Shown here in pieces: positions 15,501-27,913 of a stretch of DNA of 64,000 nucleotides. A program made the position numbers and the translations under genes. A model generated the notes under the pieces. It did not search any database and was not told the DNA's origin. It saw only the letters and a program-made list of their open reading frames with translations. The number at the start of each line of letters is the position of its first letter. Position 1 is the first letter of the stretch. The stretch comes from Phoronis australis (taxonomy: Eukaryota; Animalia; Phoronida): positions 186,001-250,000 of the forward strand of contig NMRA01000330.1 of the NCBI GenBank assembly GCA_002633005.1, given 5' to 3'.

Positions 15501-17217
15501 TGCTTAAATTTCTTAGAGACTATGCCAAATATCAGAATTTGAATGTAAAGATTCCTACTTTTAAAACAAAGTAGATGGAACAAAGAAAATGTATTGTACT
15601 GAAATTTTCAACAAAAATGAATAGGAAGAAAACTTCATTTCGGTATTTATACAGCTTATATTCTACAGCATCACCAACAGGCGATATAATTGTCAGTTAT
15701 TATACAATGCAATGAGCTTTTGGAATATGCAAAAATGACAATTTCATCGGATAGTTATTTTTGTTTGGACAAAAGGAAGCTTAACCGTACACTCCTTTTA
15801 TAATAAATTTTAAAATCTCAATTAAAGGCAGATGAATAACATCAAGCTCAACAGGTTTTCTACTTTCAGAAAATGTCTACTTTTACCTCCTTACAATCTA
15901 TAGTTTGCAGATATTTGAGTTCATGCAAAAGTTTGTTGACAAGATACCACATAACCTCAAGTGAATAAAATAATCACAGTTATGTTTTGGCTTAGAGGGT
16001 ATAACTAGTCTACACACTGGCTTAGAATTTAGCAGACATTCGTAAATCATGGTTGTTTGTTCACAAACACTAGGCGTTTTGAAATAGATAAACAAAGTCA
16101 CTGAACCCTGCTCTTAAGTCTTACAACTCTCCCAGTTGGATTGTGAGACTAAACATAGCTTAACAGAGGGTTTATGGTGATGGGTGAGAAGATAATTTTT
16201 GTTACCCCCAGAGGATTCTGAAAAGCCTAACCCAGTCTGGAATGTAGGCTTTGACTATTTAGTGCAATTCTGTCTCCAAGAATAAACTAACATTTACAAG
16301 ATAAGAATATTAAAAAAATATCTGGTATTTAATATTTCATGAAAAATTTAACTTTATAAGCAATGGCTTACTTTGTTCTGTGCATTGATATCAGCACCGG
16401 CAGCTACCAGTCTGTAGGTGAAGTTGGGACGTCGACAGCTACTCAAGAAGTGAAGATATGTGTTGCCTTTCTATAAAAAAAAAACAATACGGAGTACAGG
16501 TTTTTAATAAATGCTGTACAATTAGAGCACTTCAGGAATGTTCACAGTTATCGTCATTTTCACAAGCCTCCAAACAAATATATGTTTCTGATATCATTAT
16601 AATGACAATGCGAAATAATACAGTGATTTATTTCTTCCTCAACATTATAAATTTACAAAACAACTAACAGCTTCAAAGGTGAATGCAAAACAATGTTTGA
16701 AATACCTTGTTTTGCTTCTTTATTACAGCCAGTTATGGTGTTCCCCAGTACATACATTATGGAACGTCTGGAGGTCATTCAGTGGTTCAAAGTTCAAAGG
16801 TAACATTCACTGTGACTAAATTGTCTTATTTGAGTTTGAATTTTAATTATAAATTCTGCTAATTAAAACAAATTCTTGTCTACAAAATATTGTTTTTGTA
16901 GTATGCTTTTCCAAAACTGAGGAGGGTTTGGGAAAAGTGTAAGTTTTTTTAAATAAATGCCAATAATTTGTGGTCATAAAATACTTAGCTACAAGATAAT
17001 CATGTTCTGGAAGGAATATTGATGAGAATTATCAGTCGAGAGAAGCACATGCGAAATTCAAGTCTATCATCAATCACATCTTATTTCATGAATTTACCTT
17101 ATCAGTGAAAGTGAGATCTTCAGTTCTGAGAAGTTGCAAAAATTCCTGAAAATTATTCTCTACAATGGCTCTTCCAATGAGAGTGTTGTGTTCAATCTCC
17201 CACATTTGACCCGCCAT
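3564..17217 (-). CDS. Multi-exon ankyrin-repeat protein (~701 aa, 14 coding exons)
   Basis: GT-AG exons (minus strand): 17217-17098 (accATGG; MAGQMWEIEHN...), 16470-16372 (KGNTYLHFL...GADINAQNK), 15009-14911 (HGDTALHTAA...GIDPFIQDQ), 14215-14060, 13454-13371, 12268-12179, 10871-10749, 10083-9982, 8682-8572 (RGRTALIY...GVDIAARDV), 7283-7125, 6660-6475, 5679-5248 (GGRSPLMLAI...DIHAKDN), 4716-4588, 3779-3564 (stop TAA). Exons join into one open frame; several show the ankyrin G-x-T-x-L-H...G-A-D-x-N consensus. Confidence 0.9.
6273..6450. repeat. Intronic minisatellite, ~42-48 bp unit, ~4 copies
   Basis: Recurring tac(g/a)atggaggctcttggggtacac core just inside the intron after exon 6660-6475. 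Confidence 0.7.
8953..9459. mobile_element. Non-autonomous hAT-like DNA transposon (507 bp)
   Basis: Perfect 13-bp TIRs CAGGGCTTGGAAT / ATTCCAAGCCCTG; repeated subterminal CGCGG motifs; flanks agtgaa / agcgaa may be a 6-bp TSD with one CpG change. Confidence 0.7.
10292..10374. repeat. Tandem repeat, 20 bp x4 (gacggcaagcctggtgtaga)
   Basis: Four near-identical contiguous units with no spacers. Confidence 0.9.
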
Positions 17218-19089
17218 GGTAGACCCACAATGTCTTCACTCTTTTACATGAAAGGAGGTCCACTTCACACTCGTCTAGAATAAACAGAAAACATCGGCAA
17301 TGAAATTGGTCAAAATGACAGCACAAAGCGAGCAAGTTGGTCAAAAACCAATTGCTTGAAGGCAAGTGGTTAAGAGAGGAGGGTTATGGGGAGGTCACAC
17401 ATATGCCAGCCTCACAAAGACTCTTAGTGACTAGGCTGATCGGCCAATGCAGGGGAATTGCTATTTGGAGAGACTTTATTCCATTGTACATCATATCCGA
17501 ATGTCATGTGTCACAACACCCCACAGAACAGCTCCTGGCTACAGCAAGGTGTCTTTGATGAATACCGGCAGATTAAGAGATAAGCAAACTGGTCGAGTTG
17601 CTCAATCTCGACAGGTGACCAGGGTGTCAATGTAAGATTGATCATTCTTTTCATCATTACGGCATTTTCCCGTTGCAACCAACTTGTTTGATTCAATAGC
17701 ATAACAACAAGTTGGGAAGTTTTCCCCTGTAGCCAATATCTTACAAGACTGATTAACTCCATTCTGGCATTTATTGTAGGAGGGCCACCTCTCTTTTGTT
17801 CGATAATTGCTCTAATCTCCAATAAGATCGTATCTACCCTGACTGGGCTGTGCTGTTAAAAATAAAAGTTAAGTTATAACATATTTGAACGTAAACCAAT
17901 AGCACTTCTGAAAACTTCGTCAAATGGTGATCATGTTTAGCTTTTGAATTGCCAAAATCGCCCAACTGCAATCGAAGTTATGACAATCTATTCTTTCCGA
18001 ATGCACCAATTTCACTCTGAGTTTGACTGTGTTCACACGTGGTCTGTAATAAGCCTGGTAGATAATTGGCCTGCATGCTGTCATAACAGACAAAAGACTG
18101 TGCTTGGCAGTTAACAAAGAAGCTAGATGTTATCACACGTTCAGAACCCTCTACGTCTGGTAAAGTCACTGAACGGGAAAACGCTGTCATGTGAACTGCC
18201 TCTCAGTCAAAAATCTCATTCTACACTTGAAAGTTACACATAGTCATGCAATAATAACATAGTGAGTTGTAAACCAAGTAAGTCACCATACAGGGTTGAC
18301 TTGGTTCGCATATATGGTCCAACCTCGTAGACCAAGTGACCTCTTATGCAATCTCGTAGTACCAGTGAAATGCGAATATTTGCAATGATTTTAGTGACCA
18401 GGTCTGCCAAATGCGACTTTCCTAATGGTAGATTTCATTTTTTATGAGATTTTGTTTACCATATTGTAATTTCTGTTTGGGAAACAGTTGAAATGATAAA
18501 AAGCTAATAAAAATGAAATGGACTTGAGCAAATCTGTATTTGGCAGACTATAAACTTAAGGCAAAGACATTCAAATTTTGCAGTGGTAAGCTGCAACTCC
18601 GGTGCAGAAGTTTACTTGGTCCACTGAGGTTGGACCATGTTAGCAGTAACTTGATCTGGTGGCTTACTTGGTCTACAAAACTTAACATGCGGTATGTAAG
18701 CAACACCTCGTGTGCATTTAGATATAACATTCGGGTACTTCTATCGTGCCAAGTGAACTGTTAGTGTTATGTATTTATGACTGTTTGGAAGTGTTTCAAA
18801 TGTTCAGTTCACCTTTCATACAGACACCGTAAGCACAATTTTCAGGAAATAGTTAGATTGGTATGCTATTGTATAGTTGTATTTGTACTAAGCTGGATCG
18901 CAGGCTCGGACATGGTCGACGTGGGTGACAACTCGGGCTCGGCCCGCAATCACTCATTCCAGGGACGTTTCCAAAGCAAAGACTGAGAGATAGACGTTTC
19001 TACGGGGGTTGCTCTTCTAAGAGCCTGACACGCACATAATCTTAATTCAATAAGTATCCAAAACTAGCATATCCTACAAGCAAGAGTAC

Positions 19090-19200
19090 CTTAAATAGTT
19101 CTCTATGTTACCTCATGGGCGAATAAGTTACGAAGACATGAACATTAGCGATTTTGCTTGTTGACGTTGGGAACAGCTACTTCCGGTTGCGCCACCTGTT
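19090..19200 (-). promoter_or_regulatory. Probable promoter / first non-coding exon of the ankyrin gene
   Basis: ETS-like CCGGAAGT (minus strand, ~19179-19186) and candidate minus-strand donors at ~19111 and ~19089; the ATG exon has an upstream acceptor at 17275, so a 5' UTR exon is implied. Confidence 0.35.
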
Positions 19201-19248
19201 GGAAGGGATCGAAGTAGGGTGTACTGCAACTGAAGTGGTAGGATTGGC

Positions 19249-19703
19249 GGATCTGCTGCCTGTGCGTGCGGAACTTGGAATCCTGCTTAATCTCAAGATC
19301 ACGTATGGGTGAACTTGGAATTGAATATTCATTTGGGGAATCAGGTGAAGTTTTTTTTTTCAGTGCAAAGAGTTTTTGTAATCATTGGTTTCATGATCAC
19401 CCATTTTCTTTTTTACCGTGGTAACTTGTGTCACAGTCATTGGACTGGGAAGCAACAATATGTGAATGGTTAAATCAAGTACAAAATCGCCAATAGTTAA
19501 AAGAGATTTGTTAAAATTTATGTTATTTTATGAACATGTGATGTGATTTAGTGCAGTGCAAATGTTTAACAACGTGAACGTACGTGACTATATAATTGAG
19601 TGAATTTGTCAAGTTCAGTCCTAGTACGTTTTATATTTCAAGTTCACGCATACGCGATCTTAAGATTAATGGCAAGATTCCAAGTTCACGCACAGCAGGA
19701 CCC
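19249..19703. mobile_element. MITE with ~65-bp imperfect TIRs
   Basis: ctgtgcgtgcggaacttggaatcctgcttaatctcaagatcacgtatgggtgaacttgga (19260-19319) matches the reverse complement of 19637-19700. Confidence 0.65.
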
Positions 19704-19706
19704 GTT

Positions 19707-19843
19707 ACGCTATAGGACCAAGTTCGTAAAATCTAGCCACAGTCACGTGGTGTTCCTTATTTAAACTACAAGGCAATATCTCACCTCAAATCTAGCGAAC
19801 TCTTGCTTTTTAGCGATGTCGTATCGTTACTGAACGGGAGGCA
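19707..19843 (+). mobile_element. Degenerate copy of the 150-bp Harbinger-like MITE family
   Basis: agtcacgtg...atttaaa...ggcaatatctcac...tcttgctttttagcg...ttactgaacgggagg shared with copies at 20476, 28006, 31804 and 60375. Confidence 0.65.
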
Positions 19844-19888
19844 CTACAGATCCACTCCGAGTTCGTGACGTAACACGGGGTAAAGGCT

Positions 19889-20121
19889 GGCCCCCGTTCC
19901 AAGAAAACTGACTTACTGCTATGACAAATCTTAAATTTCAGCCAAATTTAAGATAAAACTTTGACTTAAATTTGTCTCAAGTTCGTTTCAAAGAGTATAA
20001 GTTTGACTTAAGTTTTTGACTCAAGTTTTGTCTTATGTGGAAGTTTCAAAGTTCGGAAAGTTGAGACAAATCTTAGACTTAAGTAAAAAAGGAGCTTAAG
20101 TTAGTTTCTTGAAAAGGATCC
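19889..20121. mobile_element. Degenerate MITE with internal gacttaag/gacaaa repeats
   Basis: Imperfect TIRs ggcccccgttccaagaaaactgactt / aagttagtttcttgaaaaggatcc and internal inverted motifs. Confidence 0.45.
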
Positions 20122-20475
20122 TTTAACTACATGGGTCTCACCCTTATTACAACAACTGTTACGGCAACATGTGTTATTGTTTCACGCGCAACTTGAAGTT
20201 GGAGTTACGACGGAGGCCAAAATTTGTAAAAAAGATGACGAGGCCTACTGAAAACAGTCGCGCAAGTAGGCCTTCGTAGTTGCCGTCTTAGGAGCCGGGT
20301 AGGGCGGCATTTTCCGAACCTGGGATTAATCTGAATACATTATCGAGGCAGATCAAAGGAGCCCAACATGGGGAGAGCAACTCTTTCCACGGCAAAAATT
20401 TCCGGCAAATGCTCCCATCACTCGCCATGCTTTCTGTCTTCAAGACAATGTTATAAGACAGGTACACGAATACTG

Positions 20476-20590
20476 GCGTGCGTTCAGTATACGCTAGGAC
20501 CTACGCTAAAACATAGCCAAAGTCACGTGTTCTCATTTAAAATACACGGCAATATCTCACGTTCTCGCGAAGTCTTGCTTTTTAGCGGCG
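20476..20590 (+). mobile_element. Partial copy of the 150-bp Harbinger-like MITE family
   Basis: Starts ctg|gcgtgcgttcagta.acgctaggaccta; near-identical to 31804-31930; right end diverged. Confidence 0.75.
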
Positions 20591-20849
20591 AAGTACCGCT
20601 CAACTTCAAACTGAGAATTTCGAGGCAGGTGAGGACTAGGATAAACTACCGTGGTCATAGTAACCGTTACAAAGCCCCAGTTTCATAAAAGTAGTAATAA
20701 TTTAGGTGAGGGATTGAGTACTGTAACTGCAACTGAACTCCCAAGTACTTAAATTGTGTTTCTTTTTCAAAGTAAACACATACATATTACCTATCTAATA
20801 TAGTTGAGAAGCAAAAAGTGCACCAAAACAACAAAATAAATTTCCAGAA

Positions 20850-21400
20850 CAGGCACAAAGTATCTCCATCGTCGCAAATATTTCTCTAGTGTCATATTTA
20901 GAAAAACAAAAATCTAGGAAGTGTGTGGTTATGAAAATACAAAAAATAAGCAGTACTATTAAGCTTAAATTAGTAAGGTCGATCTGGTTAAAACGCATGT
21001 GTTTGCTAAAGAAACTGACCACTTATGAATCGATTGTTCTGGACGGGTCGTGGAAGTGTTGCCATCGGAAGATTTTCCTCAGCACCAAACATGGATTCAA
21101 CTGGTTTAAGACCAGTGGTTTGTAGGGGTCTATGGGGACAAGATGGGGTTTCACCCTCCACCAATACCCACTACAACCAAGGTATCTGTTCCAAACATGA
21201 TATCGTTTTTACCACCTCTTGCAGTCGAAAGAAAATTTTCATTTTCTGTCCCAAAACTGGGAGGTCGACTACACTTGGCATTGCTGGAGTTTTTGATAGC
21301 TTCCAGAATTTCAAAGAGTGTGTACGCAGCGCGCCTGAAAAGAAAGAATGCTTGTTGATAGGTTTAACCTGAGTCTGATTGTATATACAAACTATTTGTA
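20850..21400 (+). pseudogene. Possible decayed Cys-cluster (CxC/KDZ-like) transposase relic
   Basis: Frameshifted fragments ESIVLDGSWKCCHRK and VCRG...P...ICSKH resemble the V-x-D-G-x-x-K...C...C-x-x-H pattern of CxC6/KDZ-associated transposases; weak. Confidence 0.25.
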
Positions 21401-21779
21401 GGTAAACGTTCGGACTGAGCTGTAACTGTGAATTGACTATTTTTGGTGAACAGGTATTTGACGTGGTTTTAAACGCTGTTATTAATTTAATAGAATTTTT
21501 GTTTGTTTTTAGTTCACAATGGAAATGATGGGTAAGTTCATGTGTTGTATGTATTTGTGTGCCGGTATAGAATGTTTAGTATAATAAAATAATGAGATAA
21601 TGTAAAAAGACAGCCCAAAATACAAGCACGTTCAAGGTAAGATTAAATTTTCTTTTTGTTACCAAAATTCCCTTTTTTGGCGGTTTTTTGTCTTACTCTG
21701 CGTTCGCAGGTTGTCAGCGCCCCCAATGATTGCAGGAAACCAGGATAACCATTTGCAGGGGTGGTGGCCCACTCTCATC

Positions 21780-21878
21780 GGGTCACCCATCAAAGCACTA
21801 TCTGGGCTCGACGTGGCTTCACTTACATGTAGGTGATCGGACGAGAACCGGATTTTTCAGCGTAGCAAGGCCGTAGAC
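21780..21878 (-). pseudogene. 5S rRNA pseudogene, 3'-truncated (copy 1)
   Basis: Minus strand reads GTCTACGGCC...CCGGTTCTCGTCCGATCACC...GATGGGTGACC with an internal insertion; the last ~27 nt and the terminator are missing. Confidence 0.85.
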
Positions 21879-22106
21879 TATAGCTGGTCAGTGGCAACAG
21901 GTTTTCGCGTTCGGGACAGATTTCTGCAAATCGAGCCAACCCTAGGAGAAGCAAAGTCCACGGGAGTACAACAGGTCGATAAATGTGTCAAGTGCAGAAG
22001 TCAGCAGCACCCCTTGTTCACACCTAGACGACCATTCGTTCGTGCACACGCCGGCGGGTCCCCGAGGTTGTGCAGTGAGCGTCGACGGGCGAGAAGCGGT
22101 GCTATG

Positions 22107-22409
22107 CAGGGGCGGATCAAGGATTTTGAGTTGGGGGTGTGGGCCAGGGCACAGGAATAACCAGAATTTCACCACATGCGAGCGCCCAGCCTAAAATGTA
22201 GGGATGCAGGGGTCTCGAATTTTTTGAATTGTGGACCTTGTTACTAAAAAAAAAAACGGTAAACGGGGTTTGTTCAAGGCCTGTGCACTCTAAATTCGCC
22301 CCCCGAACCCCCTGGATGCGCGCATGATACTCAGCAATTCGCACCCCTAACTCCCAAGTGGTGTCTGGGAGAACTTTAGGGGGGTCATGCCCCCCTAAAT
22401 CCGCAACTG
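22107..22409. mobile_element. hAT-like MITE inserted in the first 5S spacer
   Basis: Ends caggggcggatc... / ...ccccctaaatccgcaactg; interrupts the spacer motif gtgctat|catc; same end type as the element at 56301-57046. Confidence 0.65.
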
Positions 22410-23300
22410 TAATCACCTAGCATTGCCAGGAAACGACGGACGGAGTAGAAATTCCGGCGAGCACGTCAGTGAACTTTCCTATCACCAGGCTGAAGAAAAC
22501 GATCTTGACTTTTTGCCAGCGTTCTAAGAGTCTGGGAATGTCTGCGTTTCTACAGTGTAGTACCGATTAGTTGAAGCTGTTTTAAAAGCAGTTCGCGGGA
22601 CCTCATTCAGGCGTGATCGTGCCAATCCGATTGGTTGACTAGGATTGCAAATCGCGGCCCAGGTCTTCGCATGTGACGCTATCCAAGGATGATTTAATTT
22701 TGTGACGGGTGATAAGAGGCGTAGTATGACCACATTTATAGATTCTAAAGAGCAAGAGCATTCTGAATCTAGTCAGACTTTTTCTAGGACTTGCACGGAA
22801 GTGGAGAATTTGGGGAGAAAACTGTCAAATGTGGTGTTTTGTCTTATTTTTATGTGCCGGTATTTTTCAAGATGTGAATTAGCCGGTTACAGATCTGACG
22901 CGTCAATAAGCTTCAGTTACCATGAGTAGTGCTTTTGAATTGGGAACGCCAAAAAACCTTTTGTTTTTTCAGACTCTCGATAAGGACGTGACATAAGGAC
23001 TCGTCTCCACTTGGGTGTGTATCGACAGCCAAAACCCTGTTTGTCCTATATCGACTAAAAAGTGAACGACGGTTAAGTAAACGAAATAAAAATGACGCAA
23101 ACAAGCAGGCGACGTCACGAGGAGCCAATCAGTATAAAGGATGATGTCATTCAAAGGCGATGCCGAGATATATTGAGATTGCCGTCCACCCACGCTGGCA
23201 GGTGAGCGGGAAAAGGCAGAAAGGCACAGCGCTCGCCACCGATGTGAATATTCGAGACGCGGAAGGGTGCGTACCTCGCGGGAAAATGGTAAAAAGGAAA

Positions 23301-23420
23301 AGTCTAAAGCACCCGGAATTCCTTGGTAGGTCCCCCATCCAAGTACTACCCGGGCCCGACGTTGCTTTACTTCGGTGATCAGACGAGAGCCGGTGTTGTC
23401 AACGTGGTATGGCTCTAGAC
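23301..23420 (-). rRNA. 5S rRNA: 5S rRNA (variant, copy 2)
   Basis: 120-nt match to eukaryotic 5S with box A, IE and box C, followed by a TTTTCCTTTTT Pol III terminator. Confidence 0.9.
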
Positions 23421-24206
23421 GATAGCTTATCCATGCCAACAGGTTTTATTGGTTCGGGACGGATTTCAGCTAGTCTAGTAAAATCGGAGTATATGCAAAG
23501 CCAACGGGAGTGCAACAGTTCTGTGCAACAGTTTCCTGCACACATTGTTCATACCTAAGCGGTCATGCTCTCGAGCACACGACGGCGAGACCCCAACGTT
23601 GCGTGCGATCGTAGACAGCACGAGGACAGGAGCTATCATCGTAAAGTGTCAGGAAACGATGGACTGAGTAGGCCTACCAATTGCGGCGAGCTTGTAAATG
23701 GACTTTCCTGCCACCAAGATGAAGAAATCAATCTGAAATTTTGTCAGCGTCCAAAAGAGAGTTGTAATATTTGTGTTCCTAATGCCGATTCGTTGAAGCT
23801 GTGTTTTACTGGTTCTTAGGAGCAGTTCGGGAGACATCATCCATGCGAGATCGTGCTAATCCGCTTGGTTGATTGGGCCTGCAAATCTGCCCGGTTACCA
23901 GTAGGCCTACGTCTCCCTGACTATGTATCGGGATAATTTAATTTAACTGTAGTGTGCCTTATATGTCCACCGAACTGTGAATAGCTAAGGGAACTGAGGT
24001 TGACGTGAACAAGCGGGCGACGTCACGATGAGATAGGCAGTATAAAGGATGACGTCATTCATTGAATGACGAGATGATATTGCGAATGTCTTCCAACCAT
24101 GCGGAAAGGTGAGCGAAAAAATTCAAAACGGCACAGCGCGCGCCACGGAAGTGAATCTTCGAGTCGCGAAAGGGTATGTGCCTCGCGGGAGAATGACAAA
24201 AAGAAA

Positions 24207-24326
24207 AGACTACAACACCCGGAAGTCCCAGACAAATCTCCCATCCAAGTGCTACCCGGGCCCGACGTTGCTTTACTTCGGTGATCGGACGAGAACCGGT
24301 GTTGTCAACGTAGTATGCCCATAGAC
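24207..24326 (-). rRNA. 5S rRNA: 5S rRNA (variant, copy 3)
   Basis: 120-nt 5S homolog with T-tract terminator. Confidence 0.9.
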
Positions 24327-25159
24327 GATAGCTGATCAGTTGCAACAGGTTTTCCGCGTTTGGGACGGATTTCTGCTAGTCGAGCCAAACCGGAGAAGAT
24401 ACAAAACCCCCTGGAGTACATCAGCTCTGCACAGTTCTGTGATCGCGATGAGTACAAAAGTTTGCAGCACACCTTGTTCACATCCAGGCGGTCATGTGCC
24501 CGAACACACGACGCCGTGGCTCCAGTGCTGTGTACGAGCGTCGACAGCACAATCGAGGTGGATTCATCGCGCCGGTAATGTCAGGAAACGATGGGCTGAG
24601 TACAAATTCCGGCGAACTCGTAACTGAACTTTCCTTCCATCAAGATGAAGAAATCTATCTAAAAAATTTTCAGCGTCTCAAAAGAGATTTGTAATGTCTC
24701 TGTATCTAATGCCGATTCCGTCGTTGAAGCTGTCTTTCACTGGTTCCTAGGTTAAAAGCAGTTTGTGAGACAACATCGAGGCCAGATGGTGCTAATCCTC
24801 TTGGTAGATTGGTCCTGCAAATCTGTCCAGGTACCATCATGATTAGGTTTACGTCGATCTCTGTGACTATGTATCGCGATAATTTATTTTAACTGTGTTG
24901 TGCCTCCTATATCCACCGAACAGTGAACGATGGATAGGTAAGAGAACTGAGGGTAACGTGAACAAGCGGACGACGTCACGATGAGCCACGCAGTATAAAG
25001 GATGACGTCATTCCATCGATTCCGAAATATATTTCGATTGTCGTCCACCCACGCAGAGAGGTAAGCGGAAAAAAGTTGTACGACACAGCGCACACCACTG
25101 AAGTGAATCTTCGAGACGCGAAAGGGCGTGTGCCCCGCAGGATAATAACAAAATGCTAA

Positions 25160-25279
25160 AGTCTACAGCACCCGGAATTCCCAGGCATGTCGACCATCTA
25201 AGTGCTACCCGGGTACGATGTTGCTTTACTTCGGTGATCGGACGAGAACCGGTGGTGTCAACGTGGTATGGCCGTAGAC
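25160..25279 (-). rRNA. 5S rRNA: 5S rRNA (variant, copy 4)
   Basis: 120-nt homolog GTCTACGGCCATACCAC...GCTGTAGACT; box C altered. Confidence 0.88.
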
Positions 25280-26043
25280 GATAGCTGATCAATGGCAACA
25301 GGTTTTCCGTGTTCAGGACGGATTTCTGCTTGTCGAGCCAAACTGGAGAAAACAATTAAACCCATGGGGGTACAATAGTTCTGTGCAGTTCTGCGTTCTC
25401 GCTGAGTGCAGAAGTTTCCAGCACACTTGTTTACATGCACCTAGGCGGCCATGTGCACGAGCACACGACGGTGGGGCCCCAACGTTGCGTAAGAGAGTCG
25501 ACAGCACGAGGAGAGGTGCAGTGTCAGGAAACGATGGACTAGGAAATAATTCCGGCGAGGTCGTAATTGAACTTTGCTGCCACCAAGATTGAAAAGATCT
25601 CAAGTTTTCGTCAGCATTCTGAAAGACATTTGGAATGTCTGTGTTTTATTGGTTCCTAGGTTAAAAGCAGATCGAGAGACCTCATCCAGGTGTGTCCTGC
25701 TAATCCGCCTGGTTGATTGGGCTTGCAAATCGGTCCAGGCACCAGAAGGCCTAAGTCTCTGTGAATATGTATCGGGATATTTTAATTTAATTGTAGTGTT
25801 CCTCCTATATCCACCAAACAGTGAACGATGGATAGGTAAGCGAACTGAGGGTGATGTGAGCAATCAGGCGACGTCACGATGAGCCAGGCAGCATAAAGCA
25901 TGACGTAATTCATTCGATGCCGAGATATATTGCGACTGTTGTCCGCTCACGCAAAGGCAAAACGGCACGGCGCGCACCACCGAGGTGAATCCGTTTGAGA
26001 CGCGAAAGGGTGTATGCCTCGCGGAAGAATGGCAAAAAGGAAA

Positions 26044-26167
26044 AGTCTACTAACAGCATCCAAAATTCCCAGGCAAGTCTCCCATCCAAACACTACCCGT
26101 GCTCGACGTTGCTTTACTTCGGTGATCGGACGAGAACCGGTGTTGTCAACGTGTTATGGATCTAGAC
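26044..26167 (-). pseudogene. 5S rRNA: 5S rRNA, probable pseudogene (copy 5)
   Basis: 124 nt; 4-nt insertion in the 3' strand of helix I and several helix V mismatches. Confidence 0.85.
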
Positions 26168-26975
26168 GACAGCTGATCCATGTCAACAGATTTTACCCGT
26201 TCGGGACGTATTTCAGCTAGTCTAGTGAAATCGGAGAATATGCAAAGCCCACGGGAGTGCAACAGTTATGTACTGTGATCGCGTTGAGAGTAGAAGTTTC
26301 TAGCACACACTGTTCATACCTAGACGCTCATGCTCTCGATTACACGACGGCGGGGCCCCAACGTTGCGTGCGATCGTAGACAGCACGAGTAGAGGAGCTA
26401 TCATCGTAAAGTGTCAGGAAACGATGGACTGAGTACCAATGGCGGCGAGCTCGTAAACGGACTTTCCTGCCACCAAGACGAAGAAATCAATTTTGAAATT
26501 TTTTCAGCGTCCTAAAAGAGATTTGTCATGTCTGTGTTTTTAATGCCGATTCGCTGAAGCTGTGTTTTACTGGTTCCTAGATTAGAAGCAGTTCGGGAGA
26601 CCTCATCCATGCGAGATCGTGCTAATCCGCATGGTTGATTGGGCCTGCAAATCTGCCCGGCCGGCACCAGTAGGCCTACGTCTCTCTGATTATGCATCGG
26701 GATAATTTGATTTAACTGTAGTGTACCTCCTATCTCCACCGAACTGTGGATAGTTAAGTGAACTGAGGCTGACGGGTATAAGCGGGTGATGTCACGATGA
26801 GCCAGGCAGTATAAAGGATGACGTCATTAATTGGATGACGAGACATATTGTGAATGTCTTTCAACCATGCGGAAATGTGAGCGGAAAAATGCAGAACGGC
26901 TCAGCGCGCGCCACGGAAGTGAATCTTCGAGGCGCGAAATGGTATGTGCCTCGCCACAGAATGACAAAAAGGAAA

Positions 26976-27095
26976 AGTCTACAGCACCCGGAATTCCCAC
27001 GCAGATCTCCCATCCAAGTGTTACCCGGCCCCGACGTTGCCTTACTTCGGTGATCGGACGAGAACCGGTGTTGTCAACGTAGTATGCCCATAGAC
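26976..27095 (-). rRNA. 5S rRNA: 5S rRNA (variant, copy 6)
   Basis: 120-nt homolog with TTTTCCTTTTT terminator. Confidence 0.9.
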
Positions 27096-27913
27096 GATAG
27101 CTGATCAGTTGCAACAGGTTTTCCGCGTTTGGGACGGATTTCTGCTAGTCGAGCCAAACCGGAGAAGATACAAAGCCCCCTGGAGTACATCAGTTCTGCA
27201 CAGCTTTGTGATCGTGTTAATTGCAGAAATTTACAGCACACCTTGTTTACACCCAGGCGGTCACGTGCCCGAACACACGACGCCGTGGCTCCAATGTTGT
27301 GCACGAGCGTCGACAGCACGATCGAGGTGCTATCATCGCGCACTGTCAGGAAAGGATGGACTCAGTACAAATTCCGGCGAACTCGTAACTGCAATTTCCT
27401 TCCATCAAGATTAAGAAATCGATCTCAAATTTTTTCAAATGAGATTTGCAATGTCTGTGTAGATAGTGCCGATTCGTTGAAGCTGTCTTTCACTGGTTCC
27501 TAGGTTAAAAGCAGTTTGTGAGACAACATCGAGGCCAGATCGTGCTAATCCTCTTGGTTGATTGGTCCTGCAAATCTGTCCAGGCACCATCATGATTAGG
27601 TTTACGTCGATCTCTGTGACTATGTATCGCGATAATTTATTTTAACAGTGTTGTGCCTCCTATATCCACCGAACAGTGAACGATGGATAGGTAAGAGAAC
27701 TGAGGGTAACGTGAAGAAGCTGACGACGTCACGATGAGCCACGCCGTATAAAGGATGACGTCATTCCATCGATTCCGAGATACATTTCGATTGTCGTCCA
27801 CCCACGCGGAGAGGTAAGCGGAAAAAAGTTGAACGGCACAGTGCACACCAACGAAGTGAATCTTCGAGACGCGAAAGGATGTGTGCCCCACAGGATAATG
27901 ACAAAAAGGCAAA

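Noticed and set aside
17511-17852. 103-aa ORF / acceptor-bounded segment upstream of the ankyrin ATG
   Set aside because: No ATG start in good context and no domain; more likely UTR or intron.
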